DNA of 64,000 bases from Octopus vulgaris (lineage: Eukaryota), in assembly GCA_951406725.2 (NCBI GenBank), contig OX597816.1, forward strand, positions 89,094,001 to 89,158,000, written 5' to 3'. Positions 52,724 to 64,000 of the stretch are shown here, in pieces (position 1 is the stretch's first letter; each line of letters begins with the position of its first letter). The notes below the pieces were generated by a model. That model saw only the letters and a program-made list of their open reading frames with translations, ran no database searches and was not told the DNA's origin. Both the position numbers and the translations under genes were made by a program.

Positions 52724-52886
52724 TTTACTTCTTTCAGTTATTTGACTGCGGCCATGATGGAGCACCGCCTTTAATCGAGCAAATCAAATTATTTTTTGTA
52801 AGCCTACTACTTATTCTATCGGTGTCATTTGCCGAACCACTAGTATTACGGGGACGTAAACGCACTAGCATCAGTTGTCGAGCGAT
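52724..52886 (-). mobile_element. SINE family A 3' half
   Basis: Reverse complement of 53120-53290. Confidence 0.88.
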
Positions 52887-52893
52887 ATATATA

Positions 52894-53292
52894 GGCGCAG
52901 GAGTGGCTGTGTGGTAAGTAGCTTGCTTACCAACCACATGGTTCCGGGTTCAGTTCCACTGCGTGGCACGTCGGGCAGGTGTTTTCTACTATATCCTCGG
53001 GCCAACCAAAGCCTTCTGAGTGGATTTTGTCGACGGAAACTGAAAGAAGCCTGTCATATATATGTATATATATATGTGTGTGTGTGTGTGTATGTGTTTG
53101 CGTGTCTGTTCCCCCCAGCTTCGCTTCACAACCGATGCTGGGGTGTTCATGTCCCCGTAACTTAGCGGTTCGGCAAAAGAGACCGATAGAATAAGTACTA
53201 GGCTTACAAAGACTAAGTCCTAGAGTCGATTTCCTCGACTAAAGGCGGTGATCCAGCATGACCGCAGTCAAATGACTAAAACAAGTAAAAGA
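52894..53292 (+). mobile_element. SINE family A, full-length
   Basis: GGCGCAGGAGTGGCTGTGTGGTAAG (box A), GGGTTCAGTTCC (box B), internal (TA)/(TG) repeat, and 3' tail. Confidence 0.93.
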
Positions 53293-53663
53293 GTATATAA
53301 ATTCTGTAATTTTAAGCATAATTATAATTAGGGTTCAGTAAATTGCTTCACCACATACCGAAATTTAGAAATAACAGTTAAATACTACTCCTCTACTATA
53401 AGATATCTCCCAGACAGCAATAATCTTAATTCACGTAGGTAAAGAGAAAAAATAACGAATAACAATTTCAGTTGTAAATTTGATAGTACTAATAATTAAA
53501 TACGTATTCGACCAAGCGACATCGAATAGCTAATATCCAAAAACCAACACTTCTGGATTTATACAGACGAGTGACAACTCGCATTCTTCTCCAATCACCA
53601 CGTGTGTAATTAATTAATTAATTAATTAATTTTACCCTTTATTATTATTGAAGGCATATATAT

Positions 53664-53840
53664 ACGATGGGCTTCTTTCAGATTCCGTCTACCACGCTCA
53701 AGGCTTTGGTCCACTCACAAGGCTTTGGTCGGCTTGAGGCTATTGTAGAAGATACTTCCCCAAGGTGCCACGCAGTGGAACTGAACCCGAAACCATGTAG
53801 TCGGAAAGCAAGCTACTTACAACACAGCCACTCCTGTGCC
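53664..53840 (-). mobile_element. SINE family A 5' half
   Basis: Reverse complement of about 52894-53055. Confidence 0.88.
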
Positions 53841-53847
53841 TATAGTT

Positions 53848-54014
53848 ATGTTAAGCGATGTTGGGAGACAAACAAGACATACAAACACACACACACACAC
53901 ATACATACATATATATATATACGACGGGCTTTGGTCAACCCGAGGCAATAGTAGAAGACACTTGCCCAAGGTGGTTGGTAAGCAAGCTACTTACCACACA
54001 GCCACTCCTACGCC
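53848..54014 (-). mobile_element. SINE family A, internally deleted copy
   Basis: Head accacacagccactcctacgcc, agaagacacttgcccaagg, and internal CA/TA repeat. Confidence 0.85.
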
Positions 54015-54254
54015 TATGTTTGAAAAAGTCTAACATTTTTAGTTACGTCTTAATGATAACAGCGTTAACATGTTTTCGAATTATTGCAAAATGTTTTGAA
54101 ACAGAAATTTATTAAATATGATAGAAGATAATGATTAATTATGTTAAGTACAATTTAAATGTTAACTAAATCAGAACGTTGATTGGTATCTTTGAAAGTC
54201 TTGCAGCGTTAGAGCTGACTAGTCCTGACAGTAACTGACAGAAACAATTGATGG

Positions 54255-54310
54255 TTATGATGATGGTGTTGTAGATGGTAATGATGACGATGATGATGGC
54301 GATGATGATG

Positions 54311-54363
<53 letters not shown>
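54255..54363. repeat. (GAT)n microsatellite
   Basis: Directly visible. Confidence 0.95.
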
Positions 54364-54364
<1 letters not shown>

Positions 54365-54397
54365 AGTCGTTTGAGTACTAATATTTCTCCACGGAAA

Positions 54398-54595
54398 GGT
54401 GGCAAACTAGCAGAATTGTTAACGTGCCGTACAAAATGATTGCGGCATTTCGTCCGTCTTTACGCTCTGAGTTCATATTCTCTCGAGGCCGACTTGACCT
54501 TTCATCGTTTGAAGTCGATAAAAATAGGCACCAGTTGATGTAATCGACTTAAACCATGCCTCGAAATTGCTACCCTTGTGACAAACTTCGAAACC
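54398..54595 (+). mobile_element. SINE family B (tail type 2) with 14-bp TSD
   Basis: ggtggcaaactagcagaa...ctgagttcatatt...cctttcatcgtttgaagtcgataaaa. TSD aatatttctccacg at 54380-54393 and 54596-54609. Confidence 0.88.
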
Positions 54596-56065
54596 AATAT
54601 TTCTCCACGAAACTACAAGCACGTTACTCTCTGTCCATTTATATTCTACTTTACCCTTGTTAAACATTGTCCAGTTGACTAAATCTGTTATTTAGCTCTT
54701 CGTTTCAATTTTAAAGTGTTGAATGCTGAGACACGCCACTATCACAGCCATACGTCAGATAAATTTGATATAATGTTAAGAAACTCGAATGGAAAAGACT
54801 TATAGTCGTAAAGACAATGACTGCATTAAAGGTGATATGCTGTCAGCATTATTTAACGTGTCGTTTCACTTAGGTAATTATTGCAAGTAATTTAATTTGT
54901 TTTCTAATACCCATATGAAGTGGGTTAGTAATACAGTGTGATCCCAATTTCATATTTTGATATCAAACCATATTAGTAACAAAGTTTAATACGACTACCT
55001 AGGGGTTTTTTTTTGTGTGTGCATTTAGTCTATTCGGATCGTTCACGGAGTCTCTGTTAATGGTCTGATTTTCTATCCTTTTTTATCTGATTAGGGATAA
55101 ACAAATAATGATCTACATGACAACGGGGACAGCTTCAATGCATCACACAATCTGCTCGTAATACTAACCAAATCTCTTTAAGATCCCAAACCGGCCTGCA
55201 CAGAGGAAAAAATGGGATGTTCATGAGTAGAATTTTTTCAATTGTAGGACTAATTGATAAGAGAAGTCATGGAAGTAAACAATAACAGCAAGAAAATATT
55301 ATTTATAAATATGTCAGTATTTTATTCAATGAAACCATCTTGCACAGATACACGCACAATGTTCATACAAATATTATTGTGAGTAATGTCGAGAAAGACT
55401 GGTAATCAAACTATTAGCTAATTTAGCCAGAATCATTCAATCGACAGACACTCTTGTTTATGTAGATTACTTTTGAAAGACATCCTCAATTGTAAACGCA
55501 ATATGATGAAGCGTATATCAGATTTTGCAGCATTATTTTGTCTTTCCAACACATAGCGCTGAAATTTCTATCTCAGGATAAGAAGAGCAATCTTACGGCT
55601 ATTGTTTTCTGTGGTAATCAAGGAGATTACGCCAACTTATCAGTTAGTCGGTAGTAAGTTGTATCAAATTTGCAATTATATTGCTGCGTAATTCACAATA
55701 AAGTGCGTTTGGTGAAAACACTGTGCAGTACTGATAACAAGACGCATAGAGTTAATTCTTTGGCTTCTAAGCCGAAATTTAAATGACACAGCTAACTGTA
55801 CCTCTCATCTATTAAATCGAAACGTATTAATCCTCTAAGATCCAGCTATTATAAATTAATCATTACATTTAACTGATTTATTTGTTAGGGAAAGAGTGTG
55901 CAACAACTGAAAAGTTGCCAATTAGTTAATGAGCTGTTCTAATACGCTGGACATAGTGAAACATAGATTGATACTATTACACACAAGAGTTCAATGATTG
56001 TATAATTACAATGCGCACACACGCCTGAAGATACATATATAAAAATACACACACATACATATATG

Positions 56066-56106
<41 letters not shown>

Positions 56107-57116
56107 AGATACACACATAGATGTTAACATACACATGCACACACGCATTTATATATGTGTGCGTGTGTGTGCCTGTGTGTGTGCATATAACTGCGCTGGA
56201 AATCGACGAAACCACTCACCATGCAAACAGATAGCAACATAGCCTTTCAATTCTTACCTTTTCTAAAATATACAGGCTTAAATATTATTGAATAGGAATA
56301 CAAATTCCCGCCTCAGTTAGCCGTTTATTTTCATCTACAAACATCCTGTTACGAACCCTGAGACACGACAACAGCCATTTTTTTTTACCTTCTGATAACC
56401 TTGATTTAACCCGTCTAAACATCAGCATACAAAGCTATTTCCACCGTTGACCGAACTCTAAACAATAAGATAATTCCCGCTTTAAGCAAAACATCTTCCA
56501 ATAGTATCTTTCTGTCAACACACTCTCTACAAACCTAGTTTTTCCCTAGCCTCTTTTATTCTCTCCATATACATCTGCTTCCCATGTGTACACACACCAA
56601 TCCTAATTATCATATAACATAGCTCTATCTATCTCAGAAAAAAAAAACAGAAACTAGATAAAGCTAGAAGGAAACCAAATTCAATACAGATGAAGGCCTG
56701 CAAGGTAAGCCCGTAAATCCACAGGACTTCTTGGCGTAGAGACGTTCCTACCATTATCCTCTACTCCCGTAACTTCGCCCGTCTTCACCTTCAATACTGT
56801 TAGCGCTGTGGTCTCCCAACGTGAAACAAAATATAAAAATTGAAGCACCTCCAAAATCAACCACAAAAATAAAGATTATTGGGATTGGCTCAAGAAGCTC
56901 AGAATACATTCCCATCCAACGCGCCGTGAGAGCTGTAACATTTGTATGATGTGAAAACTATTCCAACAGCATTATCTAAATGATACAGGTATCAACTTTA
57001 AAAATCATCCAAGCCTTGCTCCACGCGTCATTTGTCCTATACTAAAATCATGCCCACGTCACACCACAACAGAAAGACAGAACCATTTCACCTCAACGGG
57101 TTCTGCTCTCTTTAAC

Positions 57117-57950
57117 ATCAAATCAAATCAAATCAAATTTATTGGCAGTAGAACACAATGTACTTAAGCTATGTAAAAAAAAATAAAACAGCTATTGTTA
57201 TATACAGTTTTATACATATTCACCACAGTTGTCTAGGGCCTCTTTGAACTGGGGAACGGTGGGCAGTTGAATGATATCTTGTAGTAGCTTGTTCCACGGG
57301 GCTGCGATGCGGACGGAGAATGCGGCCTTCTGCCTTTTGTGTCGAAAGTGTTAGTAATAAAGTTTGCAATCATGCCCACGAAGATTCCTGTCTGGAGCAG
57401 CAGTGGAAAACTCCGCAAATGGTAGGTTTACATTCCTGTTGAAGATCTTGAAAGCCAGGATGGGATCTCCCCGCATCCTCATTCGTTCGAGTGAAGGTAT
57501 TACCAGCCGTTGGAGATGTTCCTCATACGTAAGCTTAGACAAACCGCAACCATTCGGTTGGCTAAGCGCTAAACCCGTTCCAGGTGCTGAATGTCTTTCT
57601 GGAGATATGGATTTGACGCCTGGATGCAATATTCGAGGATGGGTCGAACTAGGGTGACATAAAAAGGCCGAAAGACGTCCATTGAAAGGTTGACAAATGA
57701 CCGGCGGAGAGGAAAAGATTCCTTCTGGCTTTGTTCGCCGCCTAGATACACTACTATGTTGGTTTGAAAGTGGTAGCGATCATTATGCCGAGATCCTTTC
57801 CTGCAGTAACCATCTTAAGATGTTGCTGTTTGAGGCCATAGTCAAGAGAGAGTTTGGAAGTGAACCTATTGGCAAATGGCTGCATTTTCAGGCGTTCAAG
57901 GGCAGACCCCATTCTTCCGCGCAAGACATGGAAGAGGAGATCACATAAGA
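57117..57950 (-). mobile_element. CR1-clade LINE 3' fragment with (TTTGA)n tail
   Basis: WGLPLNA*KCSHL; FYVTLVRPILEYCIQASNPYLQKDIQHLERV; LTYEEHLQRL..PSLERMRMRGD.ILAFKI...NLRGHDCKL. AATAAA followed by (TTTGA)4 at 57117-57143. Confidence 0.9.
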
Positions 57951-58283
57951 TTCAAACATTTCCACCATGAATATCCCTAAGAAATTCCAAACAAAGCAAC
58001 AACACTCGGATGTATTTCTGCAAACAATAAATCTTTATTCAGACAGGCTATGGTGTAAAAATGATTGTAGTATGAAACATCATTAAAAGTCCTTTCCAGG
58101 TTGTGCTATGAAATCAGTCATGGTCTGGACCAATTCTGGCCGAGAAATGAGTGAGTGGACATACGAAAGAAAAGGAGTAATCTACGTATTTATTAAAAGT
58201 GGCATATATTATTATTTAAAGCAATTTGATTTAGCTCCATGCAACGCGCGCGTGTGTGTGTGTGTGACATACATTTATATATA

Positions 58284-58321
<38 letters not shown>

Positions 58322-58444
58322 TGTGTTTGTGAGTGTTTGTAGAGATAGATAGATAGATAGATACATACATACATACATACATACATACATACATACATAC
58401 ATACATACATACATACATACACACCACCGATACATATCATCCAC

Positions 58445-59260
58445 ATCATAACCAGTTGTCCGAAAATGTCATCACGGATTCATCTACCGATGAGACATGA
58501 CAATGCTTCTAGAACGCTCTATAATGAAATCTGTCGGAAGGATACTCCCGAGGACAATGAAATAAGAACCCACAATATAGTAGAAGTCATAGTCACTCGT
58601 AATAAAAAGGAATACGAGTGGAATGTACCAGTGCTTCAATAAAATGTAATCACAACAGACCTAATATAATGATGTGGGATAGAGAAGAGAAACTGTACAC
58701 AGTTGTGGAAATTAGCTGCCCAGCAGATGCTAACATGAAGTTGAAGATCAGTGAAAAGGAGAACATCTATGCTGAACTATTGAGAAATCTGCAGTTACTC
58801 TATTCAGATTACAAGTTCGTGTTTATACCTGCAATTATTGGAGCTCTGGGATATGTAACACACTGCCTAAATACCAATCTTGAGAAATTGAGGTTTTCAG
58901 GACCAGAAAGGAGAAATCTAATTCGAAGATTACGGATCCAATCCATCACTGGAACTGTAAAGGTCTGTAAAATTTCCCATAAGTTTATCATGTGGATATA
59001 TATGAGCATGTGTAAATATGCAACTGTATGCATGAGAACACATACATAAAACATGCAAATTTGCACATACATATATGCATACATACATACATACATACAT
59101 ACATACATACATACATACATACATACATACATACAAACAAACAAATCTACCTTGTTGTTGATGTTGAAATTCCAATTAAGGAGCTTTGGATCAAGGTTAG
59201 AGACCGGTTCTTTAATACCAAGAAATCTTGAAATATACTGAATAATGTCATACATACATA
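58445..59260 (+). mobile_element. R4/Dong-type LINE 3' fragment (RLE plus 3' UTR) associated with (ACAT)n
   Basis: gagacatgac (RHD) at about 58490; ORF 58618-59049 HNRPNIMMWDREEK...VEISCPAD...EKENIYAEL...IPAIIGALG. (ACAT)n at 58362-58420, 59077-59133 and 59249-59260. Confidence 0.85.
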
Positions 59261-59419
59261 GTAGAGTTATAGAAAGCGAAAGAAAACGAACGAGAGCGAA
59301 AGGAATCGGTTCTGAAGTAGGAAGAGAAAATGAGAGAGTGAGAGAGGGATGAGGAAAAGAGGGAGAGAGATGGAGAGGGGATAGATATCGATGAATGGCT
59401 GGCTAGTCCAATCGGGGGA

Positions 59420-59528
59420 TATATGGATAGACATAGAGATAGATGTAGATATATAAATAGAAAGATGGATAGATATATGGATAGATATATGGATAGATAG
59501 ATAGATAGATAGGTAGATAGATAGATAA

Positions 59529-59609
<81 letters not shown>

Positions 59610-59648
59610 CGGGCGGACGGACGGACGGACGGATGGACAGACAGACGG
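59420..59648. repeat. (GATA)n / (GACG)n microsatellite
   Basis: Directly visible. Confidence 0.95.
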
Positions 59649-60079
59649 GATGATATATTTTCCGAATGAATACTAATCTTTAGAGAAGAATTGAATTTAT
59701 TATGTCTGGTTAGAATGAAACGCATACGGGAATGTCAATAGAAAACCAAACGTGAACAGCGACTTTTATTGACCCTATTTTATGGCTGAAACACTTTTCA
59801 CTCAAATGTTTCACGTTTTGTAGTTGTATGTCAATAGCACGTATCTGTTTTGCCTTCCAATGAACTACAAACATGTCTGCAAATAACTATTAGTTTTCTG
59901 ACATAAATCTAGAAGTTCTTGAACAACGGATTTTGAAAAAGACTAAAGAAGAAATGGTGTACCACCGATGTTTGAAAGGATAAAACTGCTTCAGAAAACA
60001 AAATATGGCATTCAAGTAACAAAACAACCCCCATACTTAGCTTTTCGGCTTGTTCTATCGCTTTCAACAGCAGTAAAAC

Positions 60080-60670
60080 TTCGAAATTCAAGGTCAATGA
60101 ATATAGTTTTTACTGCATCTATTTCTGTAACTATGATCTTGCCATCAGGTCAATGATTAGCCAATGAATGATTTCTTTCCCGTATATAGTGGAATCACTT
60201 TATTCTTGTGAAATTTTCTTTTTCTCAAATTTGACTTTGGAATCAGAGGAGAGACAAAATAATATGTAATGTTGTTTGTAGCCATGGTGTTATGATGGCA
60301 AAAAGCTATTTGTAGAAGTCTTTTTAGTACTATGATAATTGGTCAATGATTCAATGAATGATTCTCTTTCAACTAATATCATAACCTGGGTAATATTTTG
60401 AAGAGGCTCCGTCTATAATGGACTCAGTTTTCTGTAATATATCATACGAAAAGGAAATCTTTACTGTTTCCCCAACAACGTCATCTATCAATAGACAACG
60501 CATCCAAAGTGTCTGGTATTGATATCCGTTAAGTAAAATGTATGTCACGTAATTTTTTGTTTTAAATAGATTTATTAAAGAGCTCTTCACTGCAAAATAG
60601 ACGAATTAGATGCCTTGAATTAATTGCTTGGAATAAATTGAACTGATAAACATTTCTTTCAGTATATTTC
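60080..60670 (-). mobile_element. Possible Penelope-like element remnant
   Basis: IRLFCSEELF...YILLNGY resembles a PLE thumb (ICS.E.L...L..NGYP). Internal degenerate direct repeats at 60115-60180 and 60314-60370. Confidence 0.35.
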
Positions 60671-61268
60671 AGATAACGTAAAGATTTTCAATGACAATAT
60701 GACAAAACACTATCGAAGATCTACCAAAAATATTAGCGGAAGAAATATAGAACATAGTCACTTAAAAAAGCCACCAAAGATAGTGAAAAGGAAAATATAC
60801 GTTAATGAAACCTTTAATCTTCGTTAAGAAATCGTCTATATGCAATTATTTCTCACAGAATACCAATCACAGTTAATGTAATACAGGCAGCAGATGATTT
60901 GACCGGGATCTTATTGAGTGAGTTAGTAGCAACTTCCAGAATAACTATTAAAACATAAATAAGGTTTCACGTCGAAAAACGTTTCTTCTTTAGTGTCTAT
61001 TGACATTTTCATCACGAAAAAAGCCTCTAACAGGTTTCTTCTATTCATCTGTCTAACCATCATCCACTTAAGATTATTGATTGCAAAATATAAAACATAC
61101 ATTTATATCAGCATCTACCTCCATGCCATCAGAAGACTTACACAGCAGTCGTTTATGTACACGCAACTGTATACATATAAATATATTATGATTTTTCTGT
61201 CTACGGATGCGTGGGTACTTGTATATTCTACTTCCTTGCAGTGTATATCTATGCATACATACATACAC

Positions 61269-61346
<78 letters not shown>

Positions 61347-61724
61347 ACGTATATGTATGTATATAGGTATATTCCTATGCATGCATGTATATATATATAT
61401 AAACACGAACATTTACATTCACAAATACGTACACGCATACATGTGTATTTGTGTATTTGCTAAACATCTTTTCAGAGATGCAATATTATGCCTAAGGTGA
61501 ATACAACCTAAGATCACGACCTGCAAACCGGAATTAACATTCCTTATCAAATGTTTCATGATCTCTTTCAAAACGATATAATGGTTATTTAAATATATTG
61601 GTTATCTCCCCGATTTCAGTGTATAACATCTATCATTTTCGTCATCTCAGTAAGAATGATATTTCTATTTGGTAAAAACTCTACAAATACATTCTGGGGA
61701 GTAATAGTTGACTGAATGAATTAT

Positions 61725-61934
61725 AATATACATACGTATATACATATATGTGTGTGTGTATGTGTTTGTGTGTGTGTGTGTATGTATGTTTAGATAGATA
61801 GAGAGATAGAAATTGGTATATGTATATATATATATATATATTTATGTATATATATATATGTGTGTATATATATATATACGTGTGTGTGTATATGTATATA
61901 TATATATGTATATATATGTGTGTATATATATATA

Positions 61935-61983
<49 letters not shown>

Positions 61984-62046
61984 GTGTATATATATATATA
62001 TATGTGTGTGTGTGTATATGTATATATATATATGTATATGTATGTA

Positions 62047-62077
<31 letters not shown>

Positions 62078-62240
62078 GTATGCGTGTGTGTGCGTGTGTC
62101 TGTGTGCGCGGGCACGTATGTGCATGTGTACGGGCGCGTCTGTGCATATAATTACGCATAGACATACATGCACAAAGGTGCGCACACACACTTACATACA
62201 CATATATATTATATAAATATCCATACATACGTATACATAT
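61725..62240. repeat. (TA)n/(TG)n low-complexity region
   Basis: Directly visible. Confidence 0.92.
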
Positions 62241-62552
62241 ATGAGAATTCGCCGCTGCTTCTGGTACTTAAATAATCACCACTACTATCGATTCTAGTTG
62301 AAAATTCTTTTGATATTTTAGAGTGGTGTAATCAATGAAATCTACCTACTTACATGTTTACATTTTTAGAATTATCAAGGAGACTGTTAGGTAGTGTCGT
62401 CCACAACGTACCTTGTCTGGATATACAATGTAACCTTTCAATAAATGTCTCATACCGAGTTTTTTTCTGTATTTGGGGTTACATACATTTTAATTATAGG
62501 GGTGAAGATGCAGTATGACCAAATGGTTAAGATATTTTCTTTCCCCCTAGCA

Positions 62553-62835
62553 CATTGGTTCCCAAACTTTTCCAGACTGCCGCCCCCTTGGCGCCCAGGT
62601 CATATTCCTAGCGCTCCCTCGCCCTCCCTACCACAAATATAAACTACTTTCTGCAGCAAATTCAAAACAACTGTATTTCACAAATAAAACTTAAACCTAA
62701 TTAACCTATTGATATTTTTTTACATCTATCACCCCATTTTGGTTACCCCATTATCATCCCACTTTTCTTCAATGCACCCCCTGGATCTTTCCACCGTCCC
62801 CAAGGGAGCATTACTGCCCACTTTGGGAACTACTT
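62553..62835. mobile_element. hAT (Charlie-like) non-autonomous MITE
   Basis: TIRs cattggttcccaaac and ctttgggaactact resemble CAGTGGTTCCCAAA. Degenerate 8-bp TSD ccctagca / tcctagcc. Confidence 0.7.
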
Positions 62836-63192
62836 CCTAGCCCATACTTTTGCATAAGTGAAATTGAGTAACACTGAGTGAAAATAAAATTGTATAGACG
62901 TTCGTTGATCTAACTGTGTTTGTATTTGAGGACAACTTTGTTACACATTGTGAGGAGCCGCTTCTGTCTGAGATTGACATGAAGTGCATAAGTGTCAGTG
63001 AAATGTTTAACCGCTTGCCCCTTAATTCTGAAGTAAGTAAATCATTTCTTCAAACATCTGAATCCTCGCCGTCCAGTGAAGAGATTCACTCAGTTAAAGA
63101 GGTAAATATTTGCTCACCTTACACCTGAAACTGTTTTTTAAATATTTAGTCTAATATTCAATCATAAAGATGGCGAGCTGGAAGAATCGTCA

Positions 63193-63698
63193 CATATTTT
63201 ATAGGAAACAAAATAAAAGCACAGATATCAGATCAGCTAGATTTAATATTAAGGAGAACGTGACACAATAAAGAAAATAGAACAGGAGAATATAGAATAA
63301 AGAAAGAAGAGATAACTGTAACAGAACCACCATGCAAGAAATTCCTTTCACGGAAACAAACAACAGGCAGGTCAAGCAATTGAATAACCTAATCTCTTCA
63401 GCTGTGACGGATCGCAGAAATTTGAGAGATATGTCCACACGTTTGTACTCTATAACAATACGATAATATGAAAAAACTCAAACCGCATATTTTATAGGAA
63501 ACAAAATAAAAGCACAGATATCAGATCTGCTAGATTTAATATTAAGGAGAACGTGACACAATAAAGAAAATAGAACAGGAGAATATAGAATAAAGAAAGA
63601 AGAGATAACTGTAACAGAACCACCATGCACGAAATTCCTTTCACGGAAACAAACAACAGGCAGGTCGAGCAATTGAATAACCTAATCTCTTCAGCTGT
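63193..63698. repeat. Two 213-bp direct repeats (63193-63405 and 63486-63698) with an 80-bp spacer
   Basis: The copies differ at 3 positions. The first copy truncates a SINE B head (63167-63192). Confidence 0.92.
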
Positions 63699-64000
63699 AG
63701 TGTAGGTTTTGGTGAAACCGGACTTCACTTTTGTCGAATCACACCCTCCTCAGCAAAACCTGACAAAAATAAGAAAAGAAAATATTGAAAAATAATGTTG
63801 AAAAATAATATTGAAAAATATACATCTTCCATTAGTGAAATGGAAAAAAAGATTCAGATAGGAAAGAAAAATAGAGAAAGTATACTAACAAAAGTAGACA
63901 CTCTGGTAAGAAGCGTTTTAGGAAATATCAACAAAAGCATTGAGGTTAGGATACACAGGAAAATGTTTCTCTGTGACAAAACTCGAAAAGCCACACCGAC

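Noticed and set aside
50925-53292. tRNA-like A/B boxes as real tRNA genes
   Set aside because: They continue into SINE bodies and tails, family A is multi-copy in this window, and no complete cloverleaf is formed.
56380-57110. Possible Tx1/L1-like LINE 3' remnant on the minus strand (KEVLW, FGQRW)
   Set aside because: Two very short motifs only, not enough to call.
63300-63405. Complete hammerhead in the 213-bp repeats (minus-strand CTGAAGA...GAAA)
   Set aside because: I could not form stems II and III around the available GAAA.

Overview
AT-rich, repeat-dense eukaryotic DNA with no prokaryotic features (no operons, CRISPR, rRNA or intact tRNA) and no host protein-coding gene I can identify. 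The tRNA-derived SINE families, dense (TA)n/(TG)n/(ATAC)n/(GATA)n/(AAT)n microsatellites and retroelement mix resemble an octopus (coleoid cephalopod) genome; this host assignment is an inference. Nearly all listed ORFs are microsatellite artefacts or decayed transposon fragments. Contents: several R4/Dong-type restriction-like-endonuclease (RLE) LINEs, one near full-length, sitting in (TAA)n or (ACAT)n arrays; a CRE-type LINE; CR1/Jockey and RTE-like remnants; Penelope-like elements (RT, GIY-YIG, and termini with degenerate hammerhead-ribozyme-like motifs); three mariner transposase remnants; a hAT-like MITE; and more than 20 SINE copies from at least three families, several with clear target-site duplications. 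The most interesting structure is (i) tandem microsatellite-targeted R4/Dong insertions that include a ~570-bp non-coding passenger element, (ii) a separate RLE element associated with (ACAT)n, (iii) minimal hammerhead-like motifs at Penelope-like ends, and (iv) several long fold-back palindromes and inverted SINE pairs. Element boundaries were read by eye and are approximate.
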